In this document: positions 55,366 through 64,000 of the stretch, piece after piece
How the letters are laid out: every line of letters starts with the position of its first letter
How positions within the stretch are numbered: position 1 is the stretch's first letter
IMG/VR virus record: IMGVR_UViG_3300022602_000025
Strand: one strand, 5' to 3'
Source of the DNA: a virus
Taxonomy: Duplodnaviria; Caudoviricetes
DNA: 64,000 nucleotides
Program-made: the position numbers and the translations under genes
Notes under the pieces: generated by a model
Told to the model about the DNA's origin: nothing
The model's input: only the letters and a program-made list of their open reading frames with translations
The model's database searches: none

Positions 55366-58200
55366 ATGCCATCAAATAGACAATCGGGCGTTTTAGATTT
55401 TACAGCTCTAAAGTACAATTGGAGAGGTGAATGGTCTACTGCCGGTATCTACAGTAAAAACGATATTGTTCGTTTTAACGGACGCACATATTTCTGTAAT
55501 ACAGATCTATTATTTGAACAAGGCCTTGCAGGTCCTGCATATGGCCCAGCAAACATTCTAATAACTGGCGACGGATATACCGCAGGTGAGGTAGCACCTA
55601 CTACATGGAACATGAGTCCAGTCGCTAACATAGAACCAACTAACATGTCGCCGTCTGCCCTAAACGGCAACTATGTTAACCCAAATACAAACCCATTTGG
55701 TACACAAAGTTATCCACGTCCACAACCTGGCGGATTCCAATACGGTTTTAGAAAAAGTTACGGTACTACAGCAGCTTGGGATACTTCAATTTATTCAGTA
55801 GAATATTATAACAACTCAGCTTACATCAGTGCTCAAGCACCGCAGACTAATGCTTATATCATGTTTGGATTTACTACTCAGCCAACTGTAAGTAACTCCT
55901 ATGCTAACATTAACTATGCTTGGTATTATTCAGCAGATACAACACTGCAAATTTACGAAAGCGGTTCCCCCATCGGTGCTTTTGGTAACTATACGCCAAG
56001 TACAAAATGTACTATCACTTACGACGGCAAGTACATACGCTACATCAGAGACGGTATCGTATGGCGCACGGTTGATCGTACGGTAAACACGATTACTCCG
56101 ACTCCGTTATATGCACAAGCGGCATTTTATACTCAAGGCGCAGGTACTAGCCAATATTCACAATTATCTAATATAACATACGGTTCAGGTAGACCAAACG
56201 CATACTGGACAGAGCATACTGATGGATTCTTATTCCGCGGCGGTTGGATGGCCATGAGAAAATACTATCCTGGCGATATTGTTAAATTACGCGGTGACGT
56301 TTATCTATGTAAAAATTACAACTATAACGGTCATCCATTATATAAAAACGGCTACTTCCCAAATACAACAGACGGTACATACGCTACTACTCCTAATCCC
56401 GATTGGAAAAGGATTGGTACAGGTATCCGTGCCATGGACGACAAATATGTAGAAATGTTGCCTAACATGAATCCGTTAGGTTGGACCAAATATCCAGACA
56501 GTTGGGGCGGAGAACCAGGCAAATCACCAGTTCAGCAACGTTACCACTTCTTCACAGCATCTGGAAAAGTCTATCTAATGGGCGAAGCAAATACCAATAA
56601 CAATAACGGTTCTGGAATCAGTTCAGAAAATGGAACACAATGGATCGCAACTCCGGCTGTTTCAATGGTGTTTGAATTAATGGATTACAAATACGGTCGT
56701 CTACCAGGATATCAAGGAAACCCGCCTAAATGTATACAGGTAGTAGGTAATGACTGGTGGGGTATGGCCCTGTTTGACAATGGCGAATTATATCACTGGG
56801 GTTATGGTGGTGCTGGAAACACAGGTGACGGTACAACTAGTGACTGGGCATACCCACGTCGAGTTGGTTATGTTAATGGTACACACTACTATCAGAACAG
56901 TGGTACAGGTGCAGGCTACTTAGCAACTACTCGTATTGTTAAGATTGGTACAGCACCTGGCGGTAGCAACGGCGATGCGCAGCACTCATGTATCGTGCTT
57001 GATTCTAACGGAAGTCTGTGGTCATGGGGTTACAACGGATACGGCCAATTAGGCTTAGGCAGTTATGCTAACTACTCTGTCCCTACTAAGATCAACCAAA
57101 ACTTCTTTGAAGGTGTGCAGATAGTCGACTGCTGGAACAACGGCGGTAACTCATATACAGCTACTTTTGCTCTAGATGCCAACGGTCAGCTATGGGCATG
57201 TGGTTATAACGGTTACGGTCAATTAGGTACAGGTAACACACGTAACGAACCTTCTTTCCGTCTAGTACAATATAACTGGAATAGATACGGTGGTATTAAG
57301 AAAGTACAGTTCTGTTCTAACCAACAGTATGGCGCCTCTTATGTATTAACCAATGATGGAACTTTCCATGCTTGCGGACGTATGAGTAACTCATCAGCAG
57401 CTGCGATTGGTACTACACAAAACCAAGGTTACATACAGGTATTCCGTCCTTATCCTAACATGATGACAGGTAACTTGTTACCTCCAGATGGAACAGCAAG
57501 TTCAACAAGACCAAACTATCAGACTAACGTGCTAAACAACTTAGACAACTTCTGGGTAGTTGGTATGTATTCAGGTGATAACAATACGTTTATCCTTAAA
57601 GAAAAAAATACAGGTGTTGTTTATGGTATGGGATATAACCCAAATAACTGCCTAGCATTTTTACCTCAATCGTACTTAAACGAAGCAGCTGATGGATACT
57701 ATACAGGTAGAAACTATTACCCAATCCCTATCAATATCAACATGCCCGATCTAGTATTTGTCGGAGGTAGCTTAACAGAAACTGGAACTAAGACTCTAGC
57801 GTTTGTTATGGATAATGGTAAAGTTTATACAGCAGGTGCTAATGATAGCGGATCTGCAGGTTGGGGCTGGGACGGACAAGGTCTAGTAGGTGACTTTGCT
57901 CTTTCAGGCATGAACGAATATGATACTACATTCCGTTCAGACTCTAATAAAACTTACTATGGTATGCGCCAAACAGAACGTATCGCTCTGTGCAATCACT
58001 GTTATAATGAATCTAGCGGTGCGATGTATTTGATTTCTGAAAATCAAATGCTGATGTACATCGGTTACAATGACGTGTACGCACTAGCAGGATATAACAA
58101 ATGGCCGGAAAGTAATAACCCACCGTCTGGTAAGAGCTCTTACTATCTAGGGCGCAGTAACAATCCAAATCAACGTAACACAGTACGTGTAATGTATTAA
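55366..58200 (+). CDS. RCC1/BLIP-II-like beta-propeller protein with inserted beta-domain
   Basis: VLDSNGSLWSWGYNGYGQLG, LWACGYNGYGQLG; WRGEW...Y..NDIV.F and RGGW...YYPGDIV motifs. Confidence 0.85.
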   Translation: MPSNRQSGVLDFTALKYNWRGEWSTAGIYSKNDIVRFNGRTYFCNTDLLFEQGLAGPAYGPANILITGDGYTAGEVAPTTWNMSPVANIEPTNMSPSALNGNYVNPNTNPFGTQSYPRPQPGGFQYGFRKSYGTTAAWDTSIYSVEYYNNSAYISAQAPQTNAYIMFGFTTQPTVSNSYANINYAWYYSADTTLQIYESGSPIGAFGNYTPSTKCTITYDGKYIRYIRDGIVWRTVDRTVNTITPTPLYAQAAFYTQGAGTSQYSQLSNITYGSGRPNAYWTEHTDGFLFRGGWMAMRKYYPGDIVKLRGDVYLCKNYNYNGHPLYKNGYFPNTTDGTYATTPNPDWKRIGTGIRAMDDKYVEMLPNMNPLGWTKYPDSWGGEPGKSPVQQRYHFFTASGKVYLMGEANTNNNNGSGISSENGTQWIATPAVSMVFELMDYKYGRLPGYQGNPPKCIQVVGNDWWGMALFDNGELYHWGYGGAGNTGDGTTSDWAYPRRVGYVNGTHYYQNSGTGAGYLATTRIVKIGTAPGGSNGDAQHSCIVLDSNGSLWSWGYNGYGQLGLGSYANYSVPTKINQNFFEGVQIVDCWNNGGNSYTATFALDANGQLWACGYNGYGQLGTGNTRNEPSFRLVQYNWNRYGGIKKVQFCSNQQYGASYVLTNDGTFHACGRMSNSSAAAIGTTQNQGYIQVFRPYPNMMTGNLLPPDGTASSTRPNYQTNVLNNLDNFWVVGMYSGDNNTFILKEKNTGVVYGMGYNPNNCLAFLPQSYLNEAADGYYTGRNYYPIPININMPDLVFVGGSLTETGTKTLAFVMDNGKVYTAGANDSGSAGWGWDGQGLVGDFALSGMNEYDTTFRSDSNKTYYGMRQTERIALCNHCYNESSGAMYLISENQMLMYIGYNDVYALAGYNKWPESNNPPSGKSSYYLGRSNNPNQRNTVRVMY

Positions 58201-58213
58201 GAAAGGAATTTAA

Positions 58214-58651
58214 ATGGCTAGTCCACAAACAGCATTAAGTTGTGTTTCAAATATCTTTATTAAGATGATGGAATTTCAATCAGGTGACGTTGAAGAATTA
58301 CATCGTCATATTTTTGATCACACACAGGTCCTTGCATCAGGCACAGTTAAAATTACTGTGAATTCTGTAGAGTCTGTGTTTGAAGCACCTAAGTTATTGT
58401 TCATTGCTAAGAATACTCCTCATAGAGTAGAAGCGATCACTCCTGCGGTAGTACTATGTGTACACGGTCTTCGTGATGGTTACGGCGTTGACGATATTAT
58501 CGATCCAGCAGGCGTTCCAGAAGGTACAAAAGGATCAGTAATAGGTCGTGCAGATCTAACAGGTAAACATATACTACCATTAATCTATGGTAAAGATCCA
58601 AACGAGTGTTGCACTCAAATTGAGACTGTCTATATAAAGAATGAAAGTTAA
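58214..58651 (+). CDS. Cupin-domain protein
   Basis: HRHIFDHTQVLASGTV...FIAKNTPHRVEA cupin metal motifs. Confidence 0.75.
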   Translation: MASPQTALSCVSNIFIKMMEFQSGDVEELHRHIFDHTQVLASGTVKITVNSVESVFEAPKLLFIAKNTPHRVEAITPAVVLCVHGLRDGYGVDDIIDPAGVPEGTKGSVIGRADLTGKHILPLIYGKDPNECCTQIETVYIKNES

Positions 58652-59180
58652 GCTAGTACAGGATGTGATCACAGAAGAAGAAAGAATAGAACTTCGTGAT
58701 TATGTCCTGAATAACTTAGATCAGTTTCATCTAGGAATTGATAAACTACATTTTAGAGTTTCGTCTCGCCTTTCAAATAGACTTAGCGGAGATAAAATCG
58801 TTTATCCGCCCGCGGTATATGCGGTACAAGAAAGGCTTAGAAGGCTTATTCCACCAAATCACAAGATAGAACATCTGCACGGTAAAGACGGACTAGTAGT
58901 CTGTATTACTTACAACGGTGGAGATACTTATCTACATCGAGATCCTAGATCAGATCCTGTCTTAGAAACTTTAAGATGCAATATCTGTGTCAGTGCACCT
59001 GAAGACGGTGCTATAGTTTATGTTGAAGACAGGCCATTTCAGTTACGTGAACGAGAAATGATGCAATACATGGTAACAAAACATTACCATCAGGTAACTA
59101 AAACTATTGGCGACAAGCCAAGAATCTTATATCAATTTGGTTTTTTGGTTAAAGCGGAAGAGTGGGAATCAACTGATTAA
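58641..59180 (+). CDS. 2OG-Fe(II) oxygenase superfamily protein
   Basis: H-x-D (LHRD), distal His (YHQV) and PRI motif. Confidence 0.65.
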   Translation: MKVKLVQDVITEEERIELRDYVLNNLDQFHLGIDKLHFRVSSRLSNRLSGDKIVYPPAVYAVQERLRRLIPPNHKIEHLHGKDGLVVCITYNGGDTYLHRDPRSDPVLETLRCNICVSAPEDGAIVYVEDRPFQLREREMMQYMVTKHYHQVTKTIGDKPRILYQFGFLVKAEEWESTD

Positions 59181-59597
59181 ATCTAATACAGTTTGTATTT
59201 TTGCTTTTGTAGTTCTGCTAGTAAGTGTATTTTTCAACCCAGTGTGTAACGGCTTAGGCCAGTTATCAATACTAACCCAACAGTAACCTCTGTGTTCGTC
59301 ATTAAGTTGCGGAATAAATTCTTGTTCAACTATCAACACGTATGTATGATAATAAAACAGTTCGTCTTTTGAACTGTAGTATTCAATAGGCACTGGCTTA
59401 GATATCGCAGGAACAAATCCTAGTTCTTCGTTAATTTCGCGTTGTAGTGCTTCGTAAGGTGTGGCATCAGAAGGTTCTTTTTTGCCTCCTGCAATACCCC
59501 AAGTTCCTGCTGTCTTACCCTGATTGCGTAGTAAAAATAAAAAACGCTTGGTATTACGAGCTAGGAATATTCCGCCACTACAAACTATATCTGTCAT
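59169..59597 (-). CDS. NUDIX hydrolase
   Basis: Nudix box GGKKEPSDATPYEALQREINEELG. The likely start is the ATG at 59597, overlapping the gp15 stop as ATGA. Confidence 0.9.
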   Translation of the reverse strand: MTDIVCSGGIFLARNTKRFLFLLRNQGKTAGTWGIAGGKKEPSDATPYEALQREINEELGFVPAISKPVPIEYYSSKDELFYYHTYVLIVEQEFIPQLNDEHRGYCWVSIDNWPKPLHTGLKNTLTSRTTKAKIQTVLDLIS

Positions 59598-61054
59598 AGA
59601 ACTAATCGCCATTGACCTGGATCGTATATGCCCTCAAAACTCTTGTTCCAGCTTTGACCATCCCACGCATATTGTATACCAGTACGTGCATTAGTTATGT
59701 AGGTTAGCTCAGTGATTTCCGCAGAATTGAATAAGATGTTCCACTGTGCGCCGTCCCATTGTACTATATCATTTGCATGAGCAACAAGATATGTTCCATT
59801 AGTATTTTGCCATGCTTTAGCAACATTACTAGAATCTATTCCATCCGCAGTATTGATATCTTCTAAAATCAAGTATCTGCTATCCGTAGCTGCCCAACCT
59901 AAAACGCCATACTGATCGTAAGGTCTTGGATTAAATGTTTCTGGATTTATGATAGCATCTATAGTACCGCGAGTGTACGCATTGTCTAGAGATGTTAATA
60001 ACGTATTCATCGGAATCGTATCATTATCAAAGTTAATAACTAGTATCGAATCATCAGTCGGGCTAACACTCAGATACCCTACTATTTCATTTCCATCTGG
60101 TTTCGCTAGTCTAATCTGACTTAGGCCAGCAATAAATTGTCCAGGGTATTGATCTAAAATAGTAAGCCAGTTTGCAGAACCTGCAATTGATTGTCCTTGA
60201 CCTTGGTCGATATCTTGATTATTAACTGTATTATTTTTAGCCTTAATTAATTTTGCTGTATTATCTAAAATTAAAACACTAAAGTTTCCTAGTGTAGTAA
60301 TATCTACGCTTACAGAATTGCGTCCACTAAAATAGTCAGTAGTTTCTGGGTCTACGTAATTAGTAGATTCATTTTGTCCAGATGCATCATCATACAAGCT
60401 GGTGATGATCTTCGTAATAACTCCTAACTTTTTAACTTTAGCAGGAGTAGTAAGCCATATAGGTGTTGTGAAATTTAAAGTAGCGATATCTATATCTTGT
60501 TCCATACCTTGAGGAATTGAACGGCTACTAAACACCATGTCTGTTAATTCTACTAGACTTAAACTAGTCCAGTCTAAAAAGTTGTTGTTAGTCTGTATTT
60601 CTAAAGACGGATTAAACAATACCAGCAACTGTTCTAGTATCTGTAATTTTTGATCTGTGTTAGTAGTCCAAATATCTGCCGTAAATTTTAGTGTAAAAGG
60701 AGTAGGCATTATACGCTCAACGGTATAATTTGCACCCTGTACATTTAGATATTCATTACCTTGTTCATCAAAGGCACGTTCACGAATATTGTATTTGTTT
60801 ACATACGTAGGATCTGCTAAACGTTCACGGGCAAAATCCATGCTCTTAATGTAACAAGCAATGAATGGAGCACTTTGTACAATGTTTTCGCTGTTCTTTT
60901 TCATCACCTGTGCAACTTGGCGATTCATATCTCCGTAGCGGACAGGGATCTGTGTAAGTTTACCCTTAGCATCCTTGTAGCTAAAGTTACTCATGATACG
61001 CATGAACTGTGTCAGGTATCGCTTGATCTGACCGTCATAAAAGAATTCACTCAT
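59594..61054 (-). CDS. gp15: Tail sheath stabiliser / tail terminator with C-terminal extension
   Basis: FYDGQIKRY..QF, IPVRYGD, MPTPFTL.F..DIWT.N.DQKLQILEQL...FNP. Confidence 0.8.
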   Translation of the reverse strand: MSEFFYDGQIKRYLTQFMRIMSNFSYKDAKGKLTQIPVRYGDMNRQVAQVMKKNSENIVQSAPFIACYIKSMDFARERLADPTYVNKYNIRERAFDEQGNEYLNVQGANYTVERIMPTPFTLKFTADIWTTNTDQKLQILEQLLVLFNPSLEIQTNNNFLDWTSLSLVELTDMVFSSRSIPQGMEQDIDIATLNFTTPIWLTTPAKVKKLGVITKIITSLYDDASGQNESTNYVDPETTDYFSGRNSVSVDITTLGNFSVLILDNTAKLIKAKNNTVNNQDIDQGQGQSIAGSANWLTILDQYPGQFIAGLSQIRLAKPDGNEIVGYLSVSPTDDSILVINFDNDTIPMNTLLTSLDNAYTRGTIDAIINPETFNPRPYDQYGVLGWAATDSRYLILEDINTADGIDSSNVAKAWQNTNGTYLVAHANDIVQWDGAQWNILFNSAEITELTYITNARTGIQYAWDGQSWNKSFEGIYDPGQWRLVL

Positions 61055-62274
61055 TAATTATCTGCCTTTGGTTTTAATACTTGGCTCAGTGCCTGACGTT
61101 CTTGAACAACCTTGCCAGCAATAGTAGCTGTGTTGTTATTGTTAATAAAGCTGGTACGCTGTGTTTGACGTGTACCAATTGGGTTTACAGGTGCACCTGA
61201 CTTGTCAGGAGTACCATCTGCAGAGTTATAAGTGTTAGATAGATTCATACGGACTGCATCATCAAATTTAGTCCAACGCTGTCCGTCATAGCGGAATAAG
61301 CGATTAGGAAAATAGTCTGTTCTTAAATGGAACTGTCCTTTTTCTGCATTAGCAGGAAAGGTGATACCAAATGAATATGCTGCTCCGTTAGGTGGTTTAC
61401 CATTGCCTGTTAAGTAACCTACATAGTATTCTTTTGTTGGTGACTGTAACACCAAGCTAGCATCTAAACTGTCTGCACTAGCATCTTGATCAGTAATACT
61501 TGCATCTTCTAAAGCAAGTGTGCCGTCAGGATTCTGTGGCATTACATATAGTTGATGTGTGTCATAGCCGCTAGTAGGCGCATCTAATTCTGCTTGAGCA
61601 ACAATAGCATTGTTGATTTCAATACTAGTGTTGTAAGTACTTAGGAGATCTCCTAATGTCGTACCGTCACCTTGACCTGCATCAGCACCAAGTATTTCTG
61701 AGTATTCTTGGCTGTCAACTAACGGTACGCATTTTGCACGGATCAAGTGCGGATACCATGTTTGACTGAAGCCATTTGCAGCACGAGTTACATCTTGGAT
61801 AACATAAAATCTTTTTAATGCTGTCATTACATTAGGCTCATCTAAAGCGTATTCATCTTTTAAATGAGGTAATTCAATAACATCACCTGCCATTAATTTT
61901 CTATCTAGAGTATCTACACACCCACGCAAGTGGAAATGAATGTAGATATTATCGTTGTTTAAAAATATACCAAACTGACTTAGGTTGAAATCTAAGTCCT
62001 GCATTTGATATATTCCACGTAGAACGTAAATATCAGGATCGTAGTGACGATCACGATTTTCCATTAGAATTAGATCTTGTATTCCTAATTCTGGTGTAGG
62101 ATTAGTTTGTGTAGGAACTCCCGGAGTGGCTGTACCTTCTTCAGGGCTAACAGGACCTAAGTATTTGTGGACAAAGACGTCTGTTCCGCCTACTTGAAAC
62201 TGTTCAGCAATATTCCTATCAATAAATTTAAAATCGTTGCCTTTTTCAGGGCGGTAAAGAGAGAGTCTTGGCAT
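61054..62274 (-). CDS. gp14: Neck / head-completion protein
   Basis: LSQFGIFL...F.HFH, GDVIELPHL; adjacent to gp13 and gp15. Confidence 0.75.
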   Translation of the reverse strand: MPRLSLYRPEKGNDFKFIDRNIAEQFQVGGTDVFVHKYLGPVSPEEGTATPGVPTQTNPTPELGIQDLILMENRDRHYDPDIYVLRGIYQMQDLDFNLSQFGIFLNNDNIYIHFHLRGCVDTLDRKLMAGDVIELPHLKDEYALDEPNVMTALKRFYVIQDVTRAANGFSQTWYPHLIRAKCVPLVDSQEYSEILGADAGQGDGTTLGDLLSTYNTSIEINNAIVAQAELDAPTSGYDTHQLYVMPQNPDGTLALEDASITDQDASADSLDASLVLQSPTKEYYVGYLTGNGKPPNGAAYSFGITFPANAEKGQFHLRTDYFPNRLFRYDGQRWTKFDDAVRMNLSNTYNSADGTPDKSGAPVNPIGTRQTQRTSFINNNNTATIAGKVVQERQALSQVLKPKADN

Positions 62275-62281
62275 AGTAGTG

Positions 62282-62298
62282 TATTTATAGGCTAAATA
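62282..62298. promoter_or_regulatory. Back-to-back late promoters directly abutting both start codons
   Basis: TAAATA on - (62282-62287), 7 nt from the ATG at 62274; TAAATA on + (62293-62298), 5 nt from the ATG at 62304; no SDs. Confidence 0.65.
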
Positions 62299-62303
62299 TC
62301 GTT

Positions 62304-63062
62304 ATGAGCAACTTAGAACAAACCCGAAAAGAAGTAATAGATTATATCAAAACCCTATTAGGCGATGGTATAGTTGACGTTGAGCTGGATCCAATCCACT
62401 ACAACACAGCTATAGATCGTGCTCTAGCAAAATACCGCCAAAAATCAGCAAATTCTGTAGAAGAAAGTTTTGCGTTTTTGACCCTAGAACAAGACGTTAA
62501 CGAATACACACTAAGTTCAGAAGTTATTGAAGTTCGTGATGTGTTCCGCAGAAGTATTGGTTCTAGAACAGGTGGTGGTGACGGCGGATCATTATTTGAG
62601 CCATTTAACCTAGCGTATTCAAATACCTATTTGCTAAGTTCTAGCAACATGGGCGGTTTAGCAACTTACTATGCGTTTGCTTCATATCAAAAATTAGTAG
62701 GTAAAATGTTTGGTAGCTACATACAGTTTACATGGCAACCTACTACTAAAAAATTAACAATTCAACAACGACCACGTGGTGAAGAAACAGTTTTACTATG
62801 GTTATACAACCATCGTCCTGATTTTTCAATATTTGAAGATCCATACGCAGGTATTTGGATCAAAGATTATGCTCTTGCACAATGTAAAATAATCTTAGGC
62901 GAAGCACGTGAAAAGTTCCAAACTATTGCCAGCCCACAAGGTGGTACTAGCCTAAACGGTACAGCACTAAAACAAGAAGGCCTAGCAGCCATTGAAAAAT
63001 TAGAGCTTGATGTACAAAATTACCAAACAGGCGAAAAACCAATGTGGTTCGTGATTGGCTAA
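62304..63062 (+). CDS. gp13: Neck protein
   Basis: LGDGIVDVEL, WIKDYALAQCK..LG..R.KF, GG.SLNG..L..EG. Confidence 0.88.
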   Translation: MSNLEQTRKEVIDYIKTLLGDGIVDVELDPIHYNTAIDRALAKYRQKSANSVEESFAFLTLEQDVNEYTLSSEVIEVRDVFRRSIGSRTGGGDGGSLFEPFNLAYSNTYLLSSSNMGGLATYYAFASYQKLVGKMFGSYIQFTWQPTTKKLTIQQRPRGEETVLLWLYNHRPDFSIFEDPYAGIWIKDYALAQCKIILGEAREKFQTIASPQGGTSLNGTALKQEGLAAIEKLELDVQNYQTGEKPMWFVIG

Positions 63063-63071
63063 TCAAAATCA

Positions 63072-63100
63072 TTGACTTCGTAGTAAATCTGTAATAAAAT
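63072..63100 (+). promoter_or_regulatory. sigma70-type promoter
   Basis: TTGACT, 17 nt, TAAAAT upstream of the dNMP kinase (AGGGG SD). Confidence 0.65.
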
Positions 63101-63122
63101 ATAGTATCGATTAGGGGATACT

Positions 63123-63764
63123 ATGATTATTGGCGTATGCGGATTTATTGGCAGCGGTAAAGATACCGTTGCAGACTACTTACAAAATTTCCACGAATTT
63201 AGACGAGACAGTTTTGCATCTACATTAAAGGATGCCGTATCTGCGGTATTTGGTTGGGACCGCGAACTACTAGAAGGGCGAACTAAAGAAGCCCGTGAAT
63301 GGCGTGAGCAAGTAGATCCGTGGTGGGCAGAACGCCTAAACATGCCTACCCTAACACCGCGTTGGATCCTACAATATTGGGGTACTGAAGTATGCCGTAA
63401 AGGTTTTAATGATGATATCTGGATCGCTAGTTTAGAGAATAAAGTTCGCAAAAGTAAAGATAGTATTGTTATTAGCGACTGCCGTTTCCCTAATGAAATT
63501 AAAGCAATTAAACAACAAGGCGGACAAGTATTTTGGGTACAGCGTGGACCGTTGCCCGAATGGTACGATCTCGCACTACAAGAAAATCTCCATGGCTCAG
63601 AAGAAGCAAAGTGGGAATTAATTAGACGTAAAGTCCACGTTAGCGAAACCGCTTGGGTAGGCACAGAGTTTGATGCCATTATTGATAATAACGGAACTAT
63701 CCAAGATCTATACGATCAGGTTAAAAGTCTGGTGTTAGATCGCCCTGCCGCCAAGGCAGCTTGA
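63123..63764 (+). CDS. gp1: Deoxynucleoside monophosphate kinase
   Basis: GFIGSGKDT P-loop, TPRWILQYWGTEV.R, VISDCRFPNE, H.SE. Confidence 0.92.
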   Translation: MIIGVCGFIGSGKDTVADYLQNFHEFRRDSFASTLKDAVSAVFGWDRELLEGRTKEAREWREQVDPWWAERLNMPTLTPRWILQYWGTEVCRKGFNDDIWIASLENKVRKSKDSIVISDCRFPNEIKAIKQQGGQVFWVQRGPLPEWYDLALQENLHGSEEAKWELIRRKVHVSETAWVGTEFDAIIDNNGTIQDLYDQVKSLVLDRPAAKAA

Positions 63765-64000
63765 GTTTATGCAGTATGCGTTGACAGTTGGCGCATACTG
63801 TTTTTAAATTGTTTATCTGGCAATTTTTAGGTTCACCATCAATATAGAAAACATTAAACTGTTCAGCGTGTTGGCTTGTAAACCCGCAACGGTCACACTT
63901 AGTTTTCATCCTATATCCGGACAAATACCATAAAGGCATTCCACGTCCGCGACCGCTCGCACAATGATCACATTGTGAACGATAAAATACCCTTTCACCT
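63721..64000 (-). CDS. Zn-binding HNH-like protein with degenerate active site (5' end outside the window)
   Basis: The frame is open to the window edge (GERVFYRSQCDHC...). CDRC...IDG...NL.TVCANCQ resembles HNH, but the H positions are F/Y and Q. Confidence 0.65.
   Translation of the reverse strand, partial: GERVFYRSQCDHCASGRGRGMPLWYLSGYRMKTKCDRCGFTSQHAEQFNVFYIDGEPKNCQINNLKTVCANCQRILHKLKLPWRQGDLTPDF

Noticed and set aside
43149-58200. Diversity-generating retroelement acting on the Asn/Tyr-rich LamG/RCC1 genes
   Set aside because: No reverse transcriptase and no near-identical template/variable repeat pair noticed by eye; a self-alignment would be needed to exclude it fully
1-64000. CRISPR arrays or tRNA genes
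   Set aside because: No regularly spaced DNA direct repeats or cloverleafs seen; all repeats are diverged protein-level repeats
1-64000. Stop-codon reassignment
   Set aside because: Core genes are full length in code 11, and TAA/TGA terminate them at the expected positions

Overview
A 64-kb segment of a large T4-like myovirus genome, AT-rich, standard genetic code, host not identifiable from this window. It contains the late sigma factor (gp55-like), the gp47/gp46 recombination nuclease, baseplate hub/tail chaperone and tape-measure-like genes, a complete head module (gp20 portal, core, gp21 protease, gp22 scaffold, gp23 capsid) and a GH19 endolysin. About 40 kb encodes virion appendage proteins, followed by neck genes (gp15/14/13) and a dNMP kinase. 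Two promoter classes are visible: sigma70-type before gp55, gp47 and the dNMP kinase, and (TA)TAAATA late motifs before structural genes. The most striking observation is a 3287-aa protein with 15 copies of a C-x-R-D-centred repeat, mostly spaced about 160-167 aa apart. The repeat aligns by eye with phycobiliprotein (phycocyanin alpha) globin domains and keeps the bilin-binding C-x-R-D triad in every copy. Other highlights are a probable programmed -1 frameshift in the gp26-like tail chaperone, a ~440-nt hairpin-rich non-coding element behind a GIY-YIG nuclease, several structured late 5' leaders and a tandem pair of Hc1-like histone-like proteins. All homology calls are by motif recognition from memory; no searches were run.
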